DNA from: Candidatus Iainarchaeum sp.
GTDB taxonomy: Archaea > Iainarchaeota > Iainarchaeia > Iainarchaeales > JAXPJC01
Direction of reading: 5' to 3'
NCBI GenBank assembly: GCA_016187745.1
Contig: JACPJC010000003.1
Coordinates: forward strand, 32,001-96,000
Length of the DNA: 64,000 bases
Made by a program: the position numbers and the translations under genes. Each line of letters opens with the position of its first letter. Within the stretch, counting starts at the first letter, position 1. The notes beneath the pieces were generated by a model. It made no database searches and was not told the origin of the DNA. It worked only from the letters and a program-made list of their open reading frames with translations. Shown here piece after piece: positions 40,901 through 48,773 of the stretch.

Positions 40901-43900
40901 GATAGTGATGATGATACGCTTACTGATTTCTATGAGGTTGTAATGACAAATACAAGCCCAACAGATTCTGATACAAAGGATGCAGGAATTTCTGATGGCT
41001 TGCAGGACTTTGATGAAGAAGGTTTAACAAATGCTTCTGAACAACAATATGGTACACATCCCTTTAGAGAAGATACAGACAAAGATGGCATTAGTGATAG
41101 CAATGAGATTAATACATACAGAACAGACCCGCTAAATCCAGATACTAGCAATGATGGCATAACCGATGGAGATGCAGTTAGATATGGGCTGAATCCCTCT
41201 GAGAATAATTCAAACACCCAACTTACATTTGAATTTGCTAATGAAGCAGCCGATGCTGAAATTGAAATAAAGGCAAGAGGTAAGATAATTGATGATGTAA
41301 ACATTGAAGTTAATCAAAACCCCTTCCCATTGCTTAAAAATCTTAGTGGAATATCATCCGAATTTATAGCAATTTCAGTTGATGAAAACTTTGATTCAGC
41401 AACAATAAAAGTACATTACAATCCTTCAGAGATTCCTGATCCAAGCAAATTAAGGCTTTTCAGATTTGATCCTGAGCAAAGAATTCCTGTTGAAGCTGGT
41501 GTACAAGGAATTGACATTGTAAACAACCTTGTGTGGGCAGAAACAAATAGCTTTAGCCTATGGTTCTTGGCTGATCCTAATGATTGGTATGCAAATTCTG
41601 CAATTTCTTGGAATAGGCCTGAACTGGTGTTTTCATCAGAAGAGATTATGACTGTCAAGGCACGCATTAGAAATAATACTTCTGTTCCTACCTCAAATGT
41701 AAGGGTTGATTTCTATGCTGGCAATCCAGATTCTGGAGGCATATTAATAGGAACAACCTATGTTGATGTTCCGGGAAACAACTATGCATTTGCATCAATT
41801 GAATGGCTTCCAGAGAATATCAAGGATGTTTATGTAGTTGTTGATCCTGCAGGCTTGATTGCAGAGACAGACAAAACCAACAACAAAGCCTCAAGAGTTT
41901 TTGAAACATATATAGATTCTGATGGCGATGGATTAAGCGACAGCGAAGAAACAAATGGCATGAGATTGTTGTTTCCTTACACACCAATCTATACAGATCC
42001 AAATAACCCAGATAGCGATGCTGATGGCTTAAGTGATAGCGAAGAGATGGGTGCACAGATAGAAATTAATGGGAAATTATACTACAATCCGGTAAGTTTG
42101 CCGGATAAGGCAGATTCTGACGCTGATGGCCTGGATGATTATTCAGAATCAGAAGGCTGGTATGTTTCTGTAATCTCTAATCTCTCTACACTAAAGGAGG
42201 TTCTGCAAAAGCAGGAGAATGATGAGGATTACACCAGCTTCATAACAAACTATCATGTAACCTCCAACCCGATGCTTTATGATACAGATAACGATTATGT
42301 GAATGATGAAAGAGAGATGGCATTTGGCTCTGATCCTAGAAACAAAGATACTGATGGAGATTGGTTGCGAGATAATAGAGATGATGATCCAACAGTAATT
42401 GAAACAGAAGTTCCAAAGATTGAGTTGCTGGGGATAACAATAATAGATTATAAAGTTGGGCCAGGCATACCTCCATTGCCACCAAGTATTACTATTTGGG
42501 CAGAAGTTGCCTACTTTACTGAGGATAATGTAAAAATAAAGGTTGTATCTCTTGAAAATAATGGCAATCCACAAACAAGCCATTATTCTGAGGGCTTGTA
42601 TTTGGATGGCTTTAGCTCAGAGCTTGTTTCCGGAGCATTGTTTGGAATAGATGTTAGGGTTCGTGCTGAAGACCTTGTTGGAAATGAGAGGATTGTACAG
42701 ATAATCTATGCTGAAGGCGTAGTGGCGGGGGTATACAAATTTTTTGACGAACAAGTAAAAGCATTTATTACCTCCCCAAGCGCCTACAATTATGGTTTTG
42801 GGCACGGCTTGATAGATGGGGTAGCAATGGAGGTTGGTGATACAGTAGACTTTGTTGGGAGTGTTGTTACTGAAGGAGCACAACCGTGGATAGCTGCCGG
42901 CAAGGGCATTGAAACCGTTGCAAATGAAGGTTTGGGAATAATATTTGAAGCATATGGCCAGCGAATGAAGCCCTTGAGAGAGGCCGACAACCCCTATCCA
43001 AAAAACACCCCTGATTATAGCTCATTCAATACTGGTTGGAATACTGGCTTTGGCACCGGCTATATAAGTACAGCAGTGGTTGAGGGAATTGCAATCTCAA
43101 AAGGTGCAAGTTGGGCAGCAAGCGTTGCAAAGAACCTTGCAAACTCAGGCAAGCTTGCAGGCATTGCCTCAAAGCTCTCAAAGGCAGGCAAAATAATTAA
43201 ATCGGCAGCCAGCATGCCACTAAAGAACAAGCTTGTGCTTGGAGCAAGTGCTGTCGGCAGCACCTACTTGCTGAAAGAAGCCTTCCCAGATATTGATGCG
43301 TTAGATAATCTATACTATCTTGAACTAGGAGTTGCACCAACATTCCTTACAATGGGGGAAGGCAAAAATCTTCGCAAGCTGAATGCTCTCACGCCAGACG
43401 AACAAGAAGGAGTACTAAAATTTATTGCAAGAAACGATCAATCGGCAATAAAGACTAGAGTGAACTTCCTTAACAAGCTTGATGATGCCTCTCTCAAAAA
43501 TTGGGCAAATACTGAAGCAAGTATACAGAAGCACCTCTATGGTGGAGTTGTAAAGCTCAGAAAACTAGGATATGATGATGAGTTAATAGCAAACGTCTAT
43601 AAAAATAATGGGGATTTGACACAAACTTTAAGGATAGCTAAAGACGGGAGTGGAGTTACCGGGTGGCTAGAGATTGGAGATCGTGCAGCAAAAAACGGGT
43701 GGGATCACATTAAATTTGACCATCAGCTAGATTTTGTTAAAAACATTGGTGCAGAATTTGTAAATGGTGATAAATTGAAAGATTTAGTAATTGAAAGTGT
43801 AAGAAATGGTTTAACCCCGGATTATCCAACACAATATTTCTTTGAAGTTAAGCCAGGTAAATGGATGAGAACGGTGAGAGGTTCAAATGGTTATATACAT

Positions 43901-43948
43901 ACTTCACATCCAGTAGAAATAGACCAAGTACCACTATCAATAAGGTGA
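37997..43948 (+). CDS. Giant surface polymorphic toxin (Ig-like repeats, Ca-binding DxDxDG repeats, CARDB, C-terminal toxin-like domain)
   Basis: N-terminal TM; repeated D.AGN and DKT.P Ig units; DSDGDGLSD repeats; VVVDP...I.E.DK.NN; tip WLE.G....GW.HI...H..DF...GSNGYI.T.HP. Confidence 0.8.
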   Translation: MNEKARVHIANALVLLVVVGLIFGALAARGGSGNDNGNAHDNMADAELIFTDEDLSAKELKGRALTFIEPMIATAAGDDLSKLLEIKANISESLNADYWLSDESVTNEEVFNSEKSAANDIRTLYNRESSLLDNASLLLAISRLIQADDEISKLQMEQTENLLLQINDEATIAAISSYLNDARSSYEQAWHQIEQPSNYPNSIEHFKNSWNSSYNGLLKLDELTVPIVTIDFPATNTYTTEADQAISGTVWDARLHTIPNVKVNVNDAAYEFSLDNGNYNGAIALSEGNNLITAYATDAFNNAGSAGIEMVLDTIAPEITIEGVEDGVFYNADVIPIVSIADLHLAETVITLNGNPFASGTSIAEEGEYTLTAYGKDLAGNESSRTISFVIDKTPPAVVINAPADLVYLRQVVQINGTATDKYLDSISLKINGNEVSSIANFEWNTIEYADGAYNIELSARDKAGNASSTTISVIIDNTLPEITISGIEEGAFYNYDVVPVVEVIEANPDITTAMLDNAEFELGSSISEEGMHEFSATATDKAGNSASRSVSFGIDKTAPITTDNAITGWVNTDVVVILTSVDNLSGVTKTYYSINNGAEQEGTQITLTETGEYIISYYSTDIAGNVEDAKQSAKVQIDKIAPEISVIAPEERDYSYTAILPLNFSATDADSGLKELNAELDGIAVNSGENINLYSYALGQHTLVISAIDNAGNSATKSVVFNLIDDVKPESNAELAGTPGNNNWYVSDATIILTAIDAKSGVKKIQYSTDGSTYADYAAPLIISTEGLTTIYYRAEDNSGNIEDTKTISFKIDKTPPELNITELNENPTLEDANYSILVETENGADLGVSIIQTNIDTSTGSNLGATQSSESIAHNGSAIYRMDVIEGINEIIFTAMDEAGNTTIKQFRRLVDRDKISDSYEIEMLKTDPLKADSDSDGINDDIEDFDADGLTNLAEFLLGSNPFDADSDDDTLTDFYEVVMTNTSPTDSDTKDAGISDGLQDFDEEGLTNASEQQYGTHPFREDTDKDGISDSNEINTYRTDPLNPDTSNDGITDGDAVRYGLNPSENNSNTQLTFEFANEAADAEIEIKARGKIIDDVNIEVNQNPFPLLKNLSGISSEFIAISVDENFDSATIKVHYNPSEIPDPSKLRLFRFDPEQRIPVEAGVQGIDIVNNLVWAETNSFSLWFLADPNDWYANSAISWNRPELVFSSEEIMTVKARIRNNTSVPTSNVRVDFYAGNPDSGGILIGTTYVDVPGNNYAFASIEWLPENIKDVYVVVDPAGLIAETDKTNNKASRVFETYIDSDGDGLSDSEETNGMRLLFPYTPIYTDPNNPDSDADGLSDSEEMGAQIEINGKLYYNPVSLPDKADSDADGLDDYSESEGWYVSVISNLSTLKEVLQKQENDEDYTSFITNYHVTSNPMLYDTDNDYVNDEREMAFGSDPRNKDTDGDWLRDNRDDDPTVIETEVPKIELLGITIIDYKVGPGIPPLPPSITIWAEVAYFTEDNVKIKVVSLENNGNPQTSHYSEGLYLDGFSSELVSGALFGIDVRVRAEDLVGNERIVQIIYAEGVVAGVYKFFDEQVKAFITSPSAYNYGFGHGLIDGVAMEVGDTVDFVGSVVTEGAQPWIAAGKGIETVANEGLGIIFEAYGQRMKPLREADNPYPKNTPDYSSFNTGWNTGFGTGYISTAVVEGIAISKGASWAASVAKNLANSGKLAGIASKLSKAGKIIKSAASMPLKNKLVLGASAVGSTYLLKEAFPDIDALDNLYYLELGVAPTFLTMGEGKNLRKLNALTPDEQEGVLKFIARNDQSAIKTRVNFLNKLDDASLKNWANTEASIQKHLYGGVVKLRKLGYDDELIANVYKNNGDLTQTLRIAKDGSGVTGWLEIGDRAAKNGWDHIKFDHQLDFVKNIGAEFVNGDKLKDLVIESVRNGLTPDYPTQYFFEVKPGKWMRTVRGSNGYIHTSHPVEIDQVPLSIR

Positions 43949-43952
43949 ACAC

Positions 43953-44441
43953 ATGCCATCAATTTTAATCGAAACAAAAAAGATTATTGGATTAAATGAC
44001 ATAATTAGATTCCCTAATGTATCTGCTAGTGCTGCGGATCCTAGGTTTATTGCCTATGCGGATATTTATATTAATATAAATGGAAAAGAATTAAAAACAA
44101 AAAATAAAGTTACAGGTGATTGGTTGTGGTGGTTTTATTCTGAATTATTGAAATCATACTGTGATGCAATAGCAAAAGGTATTGGTATTTGCAATTTTAC
44201 TGATTCTGCAGATCGTCTGATTCTGGAAAGAAAAGGTGGGGAGTTATTTCTTACTTTCAAATATGCCTATAAAAATAAAACTAATATCAAAAAAGAAAAA
44301 TTAGAACTCATTTTATTTAGAGACTATATAACTGAAAAGGCTAGTAATTTTTATAATGATTTAATAAAATTGAATAAGAATATCAAGAACAAGGAGTTCA
44401 TGAAACTTGGAAGTCTAATCAGAAAGGTTAAGAAATTATAG
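43953..44441 (+). CDS. Putative cognate immunity protein
   Basis: Starts 4 nt after the toxin stop, AGGTGA SD, AT-rich, no signal peptide. Confidence 0.65.
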   Translation: MPSILIETKKIIGLNDIIRFPNVSASAADPRFIAYADIYININGKELKTKNKVTGDWLWWFYSELLKSYCDAIAKGIGICNFTDSADRLILERKGGELFLTFKYAYKNKTNIKKEKLELILFRDYITEKASNFYNDLIKLNKNIKNKEFMKLGSLIRKVKKL

Positions 44442-44588
44442 AGAAGCCCATGGGGGGATTTAAGCAAAACACTGCATATAACAGATTCAGAAATTCGTAG
44501 AGTTATAGCTAACAGTGGATTGAAATACATTGATGAGGTCCAGATTGAAACTACCATGGATATAAAAATATTTTCAGTACCAAAATAA
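44442..44588 (+). pseudogene. Start-less orphan toxin-tip remnant
   Basis: 48 open codons RSPWGDLSKTLHITDSEIRRVIANSGLKYIDEVQIETTMDIKIFSVPK ending just before the next immunity-like gene. Confidence 0.45.
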
Positions 44589-44604
44589 AAAGTAAATAAA
44601 TGAT

Positions 44605-45312
44605 ATGGTGTATACAATGCATGAATTTTTAAAAGAAGGTTTTATAGGTAGTGATAGTCTAACTTCCTGGTCATTTGAATTAGGTAGAAAAGAAACGAGT
44701 GTAGGCGTGGCTAGCATATTAGATAACATATTACGCAAAAGGTTAAAGTTTTGCTATCCTTATAATGTAGAGATAGACCAAGCAGACTTCTCAATATTTA
44801 TGAAACCAAATGATCCACCTTTAGGGAAAGTATTGGGAAAAAACAAAGCGGTAATGGATGCAATTAAAGAATTTACTGAAAACAATCCGCAATCATATGG
44901 TGCCAGTATTGCTATTGACTGGTCCGTTAATCTCTATTTGAAGACTAATGAAACATATAAAAAAAGACTTGTTAAACCAGGAGAGTTTCAAATACATAAA
45001 GGGACTCGTTATCCAGTTATTTTAACTATAAGTGATTCAGAATGGGTCCATTTTTATAATAACGCACAAATTTGGTTTCCTTGTGTATATAAACATAATA
45101 ATAATCTTGGACATGCTAAAAGAAACATACCTCTTTTAAACAAAGCTTTTAAAATGCTTGATAGAGAACTTGAACCAAAAGATATAGACTTTGAACCAAA
45201 CGAATTCAATGGTGCAAAAGTTTTCAAACATGGATTAAAAATACAAAAAGGGGATTGTTGGTGTAAACGGACATCATCGTGGGAAAAACCTTTAATTTGG
45301 AAGACATTATAA
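44605..45312 (+). CDS. Putative orphan immunity protein
   Basis: 235-aa AT-rich ORF within the array. Confidence 0.55.
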   Translation: MVYTMHEFLKEGFIGSDSLTSWSFELGRKETSVGVASILDNILRKRLKFCYPYNVEIDQADFSIFMKPNDPPLGKVLGKNKAVMDAIKEFTENNPQSYGASIAIDWSVNLYLKTNETYKKRLVKPGEFQIHKGTRYPVILTISDSEWVHFYNNAQIWFPCVYKHNNNLGHAKRNIPLLNKAFKMLDRELEPKDIDFEPNEFNGAKVFKHGLKIQKGDCWCKRTSSWEKPLIWKTL

Positions 45313-45314
45313 AC

Positions 45315-45452
45315 ATGACTGAAGAAGAAAGAGAAATTGAGATTGTAACCATTGGTCCTAAAGATGGAATTGGTTTTGATAAGACCTTAGATTATACTGA
45401 AAAAGAACTGGATGAATTATATAACACAATAAGTAAATGGTTAAGTGGTTAA
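45315..45452 (+). pseudogene. Orphan toxin-tip fragment (45 aa) homologous to the C-terminus of 45917-46339
   Basis: IVTIGPKDGIGFDKTLDYTEKELDELYNTI vs LITIGPKGGKKVGFDRELEYTEMELDELYKTL. Confidence 0.7.
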
Positions 45453-45453
45453 T

Positions 45454-45912
45454 ATGGGTCAAGGCTACTATTTATATAAGGGGGCTGGCAATGAACCAAG
45501 AGAAGACCGTAACGAATTTACATTGTTGGGCAAAGGAGAACCACGTTTTGGTGTTTCTTATGGTACTGGTGGGCAAGTTATCATAACTCTAGAAGAAAAT
45601 GGTTGGGGTGCAAGTGTATTGAGAAAGATATATAAAATATGGGATAAAGAAGAAATTCAGAAACATACATCTGAAGAGCTAATGGCACATCTAAAAGAAT
45701 GTAGTGATATAATTTTATCAGAAGACGAAATAAAGGAAGTAAAAGAGTACTGCAATACAATTATACCACAATTAGAAAAAAGAATAGAAGAAATGGAAAG
45801 CAAAGGAGACTTCAAAACAGGTTACTTTGATGAGGCAGTTTTCTTCTTGAAGGGATTAAAAAATTTGTGTGAAAAGGCATTAGAAAGAAACCTGAAAATT
45901 AGGATATCTTAA
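45454..45912 (+). CDS. Putative orphan immunity protein
   Basis: Starts 1 nt after the fragment stop; acidic; ends LCEKALERNLKIRIS. Confidence 0.6.
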   Translation: MGQGYYLYKGAGNEPREDRNEFTLLGKGEPRFGVSYGTGGQVIITLEENGWGASVLRKIYKIWDKEEIQKHTSEELMAHLKECSDIILSEDEIKEVKEYCNTIIPQLEKRIEEMESKGDFKTGYFDEAVFFLKGLKNLCEKALERNLKIRIS

Positions 45913-45916
45913 AGAC

Positions 45917-46339
45917 TTGCGACTAAATAAAAAGGACTTATTGCTTATGCCTGCATTTGAAGTTAAATTGAAGGATGCAACAACGGGGGAAATAAAAATT
46001 GCAAGAGTTTCAAATTTTGTTACAAAAAATAATGAGATTGTTGCAATATACAATACTAAGAGTAAGTGTAACAAATCCGAGGCAAAGGCAGCCAAAGAAG
46101 AATTGGAAAATTTTATATCACTTATTAAGGCTTGGCAAAATAGCGAAACTGGAAAAGATTATACACTTGGAGCAGAAGGATTCAAAATAAAGGTTTCTGA
46201 AATAAACACTGATAAGATCAAACTTATAACAATAGGTCCAAAAGGTGGGAAGAAAGTAGGATTTGATAGGGAATTGGAATATACTGAAATGGAATTGGAT
46301 GAATTATATAAGACACTTAAGTATGGGATGAAATCATAA
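45917..46339 (+). pseudogene. Orphan toxin tip, possibly degenerate nuclease
   Basis: No good start or SD; shares C-terminus with 45315-45452; RVSNFV...IYNTK resembles a decayed PD-(D/E)xK pattern (weak). Confidence 0.5.
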
Positions 46340-46360
46340 TCTTGATGCACTGAAACACTT

Positions 46361-46422
46361 TGTAGTGCCTAATCTCTTCAAAATAAAAGCATGCTCCTCT
46401 GCAAAATCTGTGTAGTGCCTAA
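46361..46422 (+). repeat. 12-bp direct repeat TGTAGTGCCTAA x2
   Basis: 46361-46372 and 46411-46422 at the right edge of the AT-rich array. Confidence 0.7.
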
Positions 46423-46622
46423 GTTTTGTGCGAATTCTGAACAAAAACGATAGCTATATTAATGAGAACAGCGTATAACTAATTGATTTTTTGGGTGAAT
46501 GAAAAAAGATAATGTTGCTATCCTTTATTTTTCCAATTTCAATTAAATCGCCTCTCCCGGGCGCCTGTTTTTTTATTCCCAATCAATTTAAATATATCCG
46601 CACAATAATTCTGTAGCGAAAT

Positions 46623-46776
46623 GCGGGGGTGGCCCAGCCTGGCTACGGCGAGAGCCTGCTACCGACCCTTTTCTTTTTAGAAAAAAGAAAAGTGTTAGGT
46701 TATCCCAAAAGAAAAACCTTATGGGCAATAAGCTCTTGGGCGAAAGCCCGCGCGAGTTCGAATCTCGCCCCCCGCG
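46623..46776 (+). tRNA. tRNA-Ser(GCT) with 69-nt intron at 37/38 (46662-46730)
   Basis: Acceptor GCGGGGG/CCCCCGC, anticodon stem AGAGC/GCTCT, loop CT-GCT-A, long variable arm GGGCGAAAGCCC, T arm GCGAG-TTCGAAT-CTCGC; TTTAAATA upstream. Confidence 0.93.
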
Positions 46777-46797
46777 CATTTGAATCTGTGGAAAAAC

Positions 46798-47352
46798 ATG
46801 CGCTATAAATTGCTGCTGGTCCTGCTGTTTGCGGTTGCGCTTTTCGCTGCAATCAGCGTCTTGCGCCCGATAGGGGAAGCCGGGCTGAAGAGCCAGACTG
46901 AAGTTCCGGAACAGCAGAAAGTTTCCGCTTACTTCTGCCCCGAGGACGACTGCAGCGGCAAATTGATTGATGCGATTGGTAGCGCTAAAACTTATGTGCA
47001 CATTGCAATCTACTCCTTCACGCATAAGGGAATTGCAGATGCGCTTGTTTCAGCAAGGCTGCGCGGAGTGGAAGTGAAGGTCCTTTTTGACAGGCAGCAG
47101 GCGGGAAGCGAATTCAGCGTTGATGAAATTTTAAGCGAGGCGGGAATTGAGGTTAAGTATGATACGCTTTCGGGGTATATGCACGACAAATTCACGGTAA
47201 TTGATGACAGGATTGCGACAACAGGCTCCTTTAATTACACAAGGAATGCTGATGCGAGAAATGCCGAAAACCTTGTAATAATGAATGCCGAGGATGTTGC
47301 AATGAAGTTTGAACTTGAATTCCAGAAGCTTTGGGAGAGCAGCGGAAGCTAA
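46798..47352 (+). CDS. Phospholipase D-family (Nuc-like) nuclease with N-terminal TM/signal
   Basis: IYSFT, MHDKF.VID, TGSFN.T..A...N.EN; single HKD motif. Confidence 0.9.
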   Translation: MRYKLLLVLLFAVALFAAISVLRPIGEAGLKSQTEVPEQQKVSAYFCPEDDCSGKLIDAIGSAKTYVHIAIYSFTHKGIADALVSARLRGVEVKVLFDRQQAGSEFSVDEILSEAGIEVKYDTLSGYMHDKFTVIDDRIATTGSFNYTRNADARNAENLVIMNAEDVAMKFELEFQKLWESSGS

Positions 47353-48536
47353 AAAATCCTGACTTTTTTATATGCCCTGTCCGGCAGCCTGTTCACAATC
47401 CTTCTCGCATTCCTTATGTTCTTTACGGATTCCTCAAAATAGGGGTAGAACGCCCTTAATTTCAGGTCTTGCCTTTCCCTCGCAGGCCTGTATTTGTACA
47501 GGTCAATTTCCAGCTTCCTGCTTCCGAGGATTTTTTCAGCCTTAATAAGCTCGCGCAGCGCACCATCCTTTGTCATCGTGCCCGCAAGCCCCCTTGCTAT
47601 CGAATCAATTGAATAATTTTTCCTCCTGAAAAGCAGCCTCTCAAATGCGATTTTCTGCGCGGCATTGCGCAGCCCAAGCTCATTCATCAGCCCGAGGGAG
47701 AAAATGCGCGCATTTACGGCGCCTGCGGCCTGCGCAGCGGTTTTTCCCCTTGTGAATGGGATTCTCCGCATTTCCTTTCTCCTGCCCCCTGCATAAATCG
47801 CATGTTTTCCAACATGCGCCCTTGTTTCCTTGCCTATCAGATGGACATTTTCCGGGGTAAACGGAGCGCCGACAACCCTTTTTGAGAGCGTGCGCTCGCC
47901 GAATATTGTTGCCCTGTTTCTCCCGGCCTCTTTTGAATGATAAAGCGCATTGTCCGCTGCTTCCGCCATCATATCATAAATTGTTTTTGGGCTGCCTTTC
48001 ACAATTTCTGAAAATTTGCTTATTTTATAGCCGCGCCTGTCCTTTAACGGCTTATTTATTTCAGCAGCCTGCAGTCTCCTTACGGTTTCTGCGTCTGCAA
48101 TTCCCGCGCTGAATGTGGGAAAGCTCACCTTGTAGAATTTCTTCCCGTTTGCAATGAAATTCCGCCTGAGCGCTTCATTGAATTCCGCAATTACCCCCTC
48201 TGCCCGCTTTGCATCCATCGGAAGGAAAATCCTGAATTCCTCCCCCCCGAATCTTGAGGCCAGGGCGCCATGCTTTCTTGCAATCTCCGCCATTGTTCTT
48301 GTGTATAATTCAATTACCCTGTCGCCCATGAAATGCCCCCTGATATCATTGAACTTTTTGAAATTGTCAATGTCAAGCATTACAAGGGAATGCGCGCCGC
48401 GCCTTCTCAGAAATGGCCTTGCCATCCTCACCAATTCGTTATCCCTGAGGACAAAAGGGAATTTCTCATCCATTATGCCTTTCGGGAGCTTTTTCCTTGG
48501 CCCCCTTGAAAGCTGCCTTATGCGCATAAGAAACAT
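47349..48536 (-). CDS. GGDEF-domain protein (putative diguanylate cyclase) with basic extensions
   Basis: MLDIDNFKKFND..GH..GD, RFGGEEF, TFSAGIA, AD.ALY.SK..GRN. Confidence 0.88.
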   Translation of the reverse strand: MFLMRIRQLSRGPRKKLPKGIMDEKFPFVLRDNELVRMARPFLRRRGAHSLVMLDIDNFKKFNDIRGHFMGDRVIELYTRTMAEIARKHGALASRFGGEEFRIFLPMDAKRAEGVIAEFNEALRRNFIANGKKFYKVSFPTFSAGIADAETVRRLQAAEINKPLKDRRGYKISKFSEIVKGSPKTIYDMMAEAADNALYHSKEAGRNRATIFGERTLSKRVVGAPFTPENVHLIGKETRAHVGKHAIYAGGRRKEMRRIPFTRGKTAAQAAGAVNARIFSLGLMNELGLRNAAQKIAFERLLFRRKNYSIDSIARGLAGTMTKDGALRELIKAEKILGSRKLEIDLYKYRPARERQDLKLRAFYPYFEESVKNIRNARRIVNRLPDRAYKKVRIF

Positions 48537-48593
48537 TACGCAAACCGCATATAAAAATCTTTTTAATGTCTTGCTGGCTTATTTATTGCATAC

Positions 48594-48680
48594 GCGCGGG
48601 TTCCCAAGCGGTCTAAGGGGCAACGCTCAAGACGTTGTGGCTTAGTGCCTTCGGCGGTCCGAATCCGCCCCCGCGCACCA
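48594..48680 (+). tRNA. tRNA-Leu(CAA), CCA encoded
   Basis: GCGCGGG/CCCGCGC, anticodon arm CAACG-CTCAAGA-CGTTG, variable arm, GGCGG-TCCGAAT-CCGCC, ACCA. Confidence 0.92.
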
Positions 48681-48683
48681 ATC

Positions 48684-48761
48684 CTTTCTTTTTTAGGAAA
48701 AAAGAAAGTCTGGGTTTTACCCAAAGAAAAAATAGTTTTGAAGTTATCCCAAAAGAAAAAC
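48684..48761 (+). repeat. Hairpin plus 19-bp element shared with the tRNA-Ser intron
   Basis: CTTTCTTTTTT-AGG-AAAAAAGAAAG then GTTATCCCAAAAGAAAAAC (identical to 46699-46717). Confidence 0.85.
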
Positions 48762-48773
48762 GGAAATGTGAAT

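Noticed and set aside
44439-44441. Programmed readthrough of TAG (pyrrolysine or recoding)
   Set aside because: TAG is a normal stop for many genes here, and in-frame juxtaposition has a 1-in-3 chance; a tip remnant is simpler.
46588-47025. 145-aa minus ORF, and the 5' extension of ORF 48645-49001
   Set aside because: Both run through tRNA genes and are not credible coding sequence.
46798-48536. PLD plus GGDEF as a cyclic-nucleotide antiviral system
   Set aside because: The genes are convergent, the PLD has an N-terminal TM/signal and no nucleotide-sensor domain is visible.
36092-48680. Integrated provirus or plasmid at the tRNA genes
   Set aside because: No integrase, replication or capsid gene, and no duplicated tRNA fragment found.
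48711-48761. Two similar GTT...CCCAAA(A)GAAAAA units as a possible CRISPR array
   Set aside because: Only two short units about 10 nt apart, no spacer-length gaps and no cas genes.
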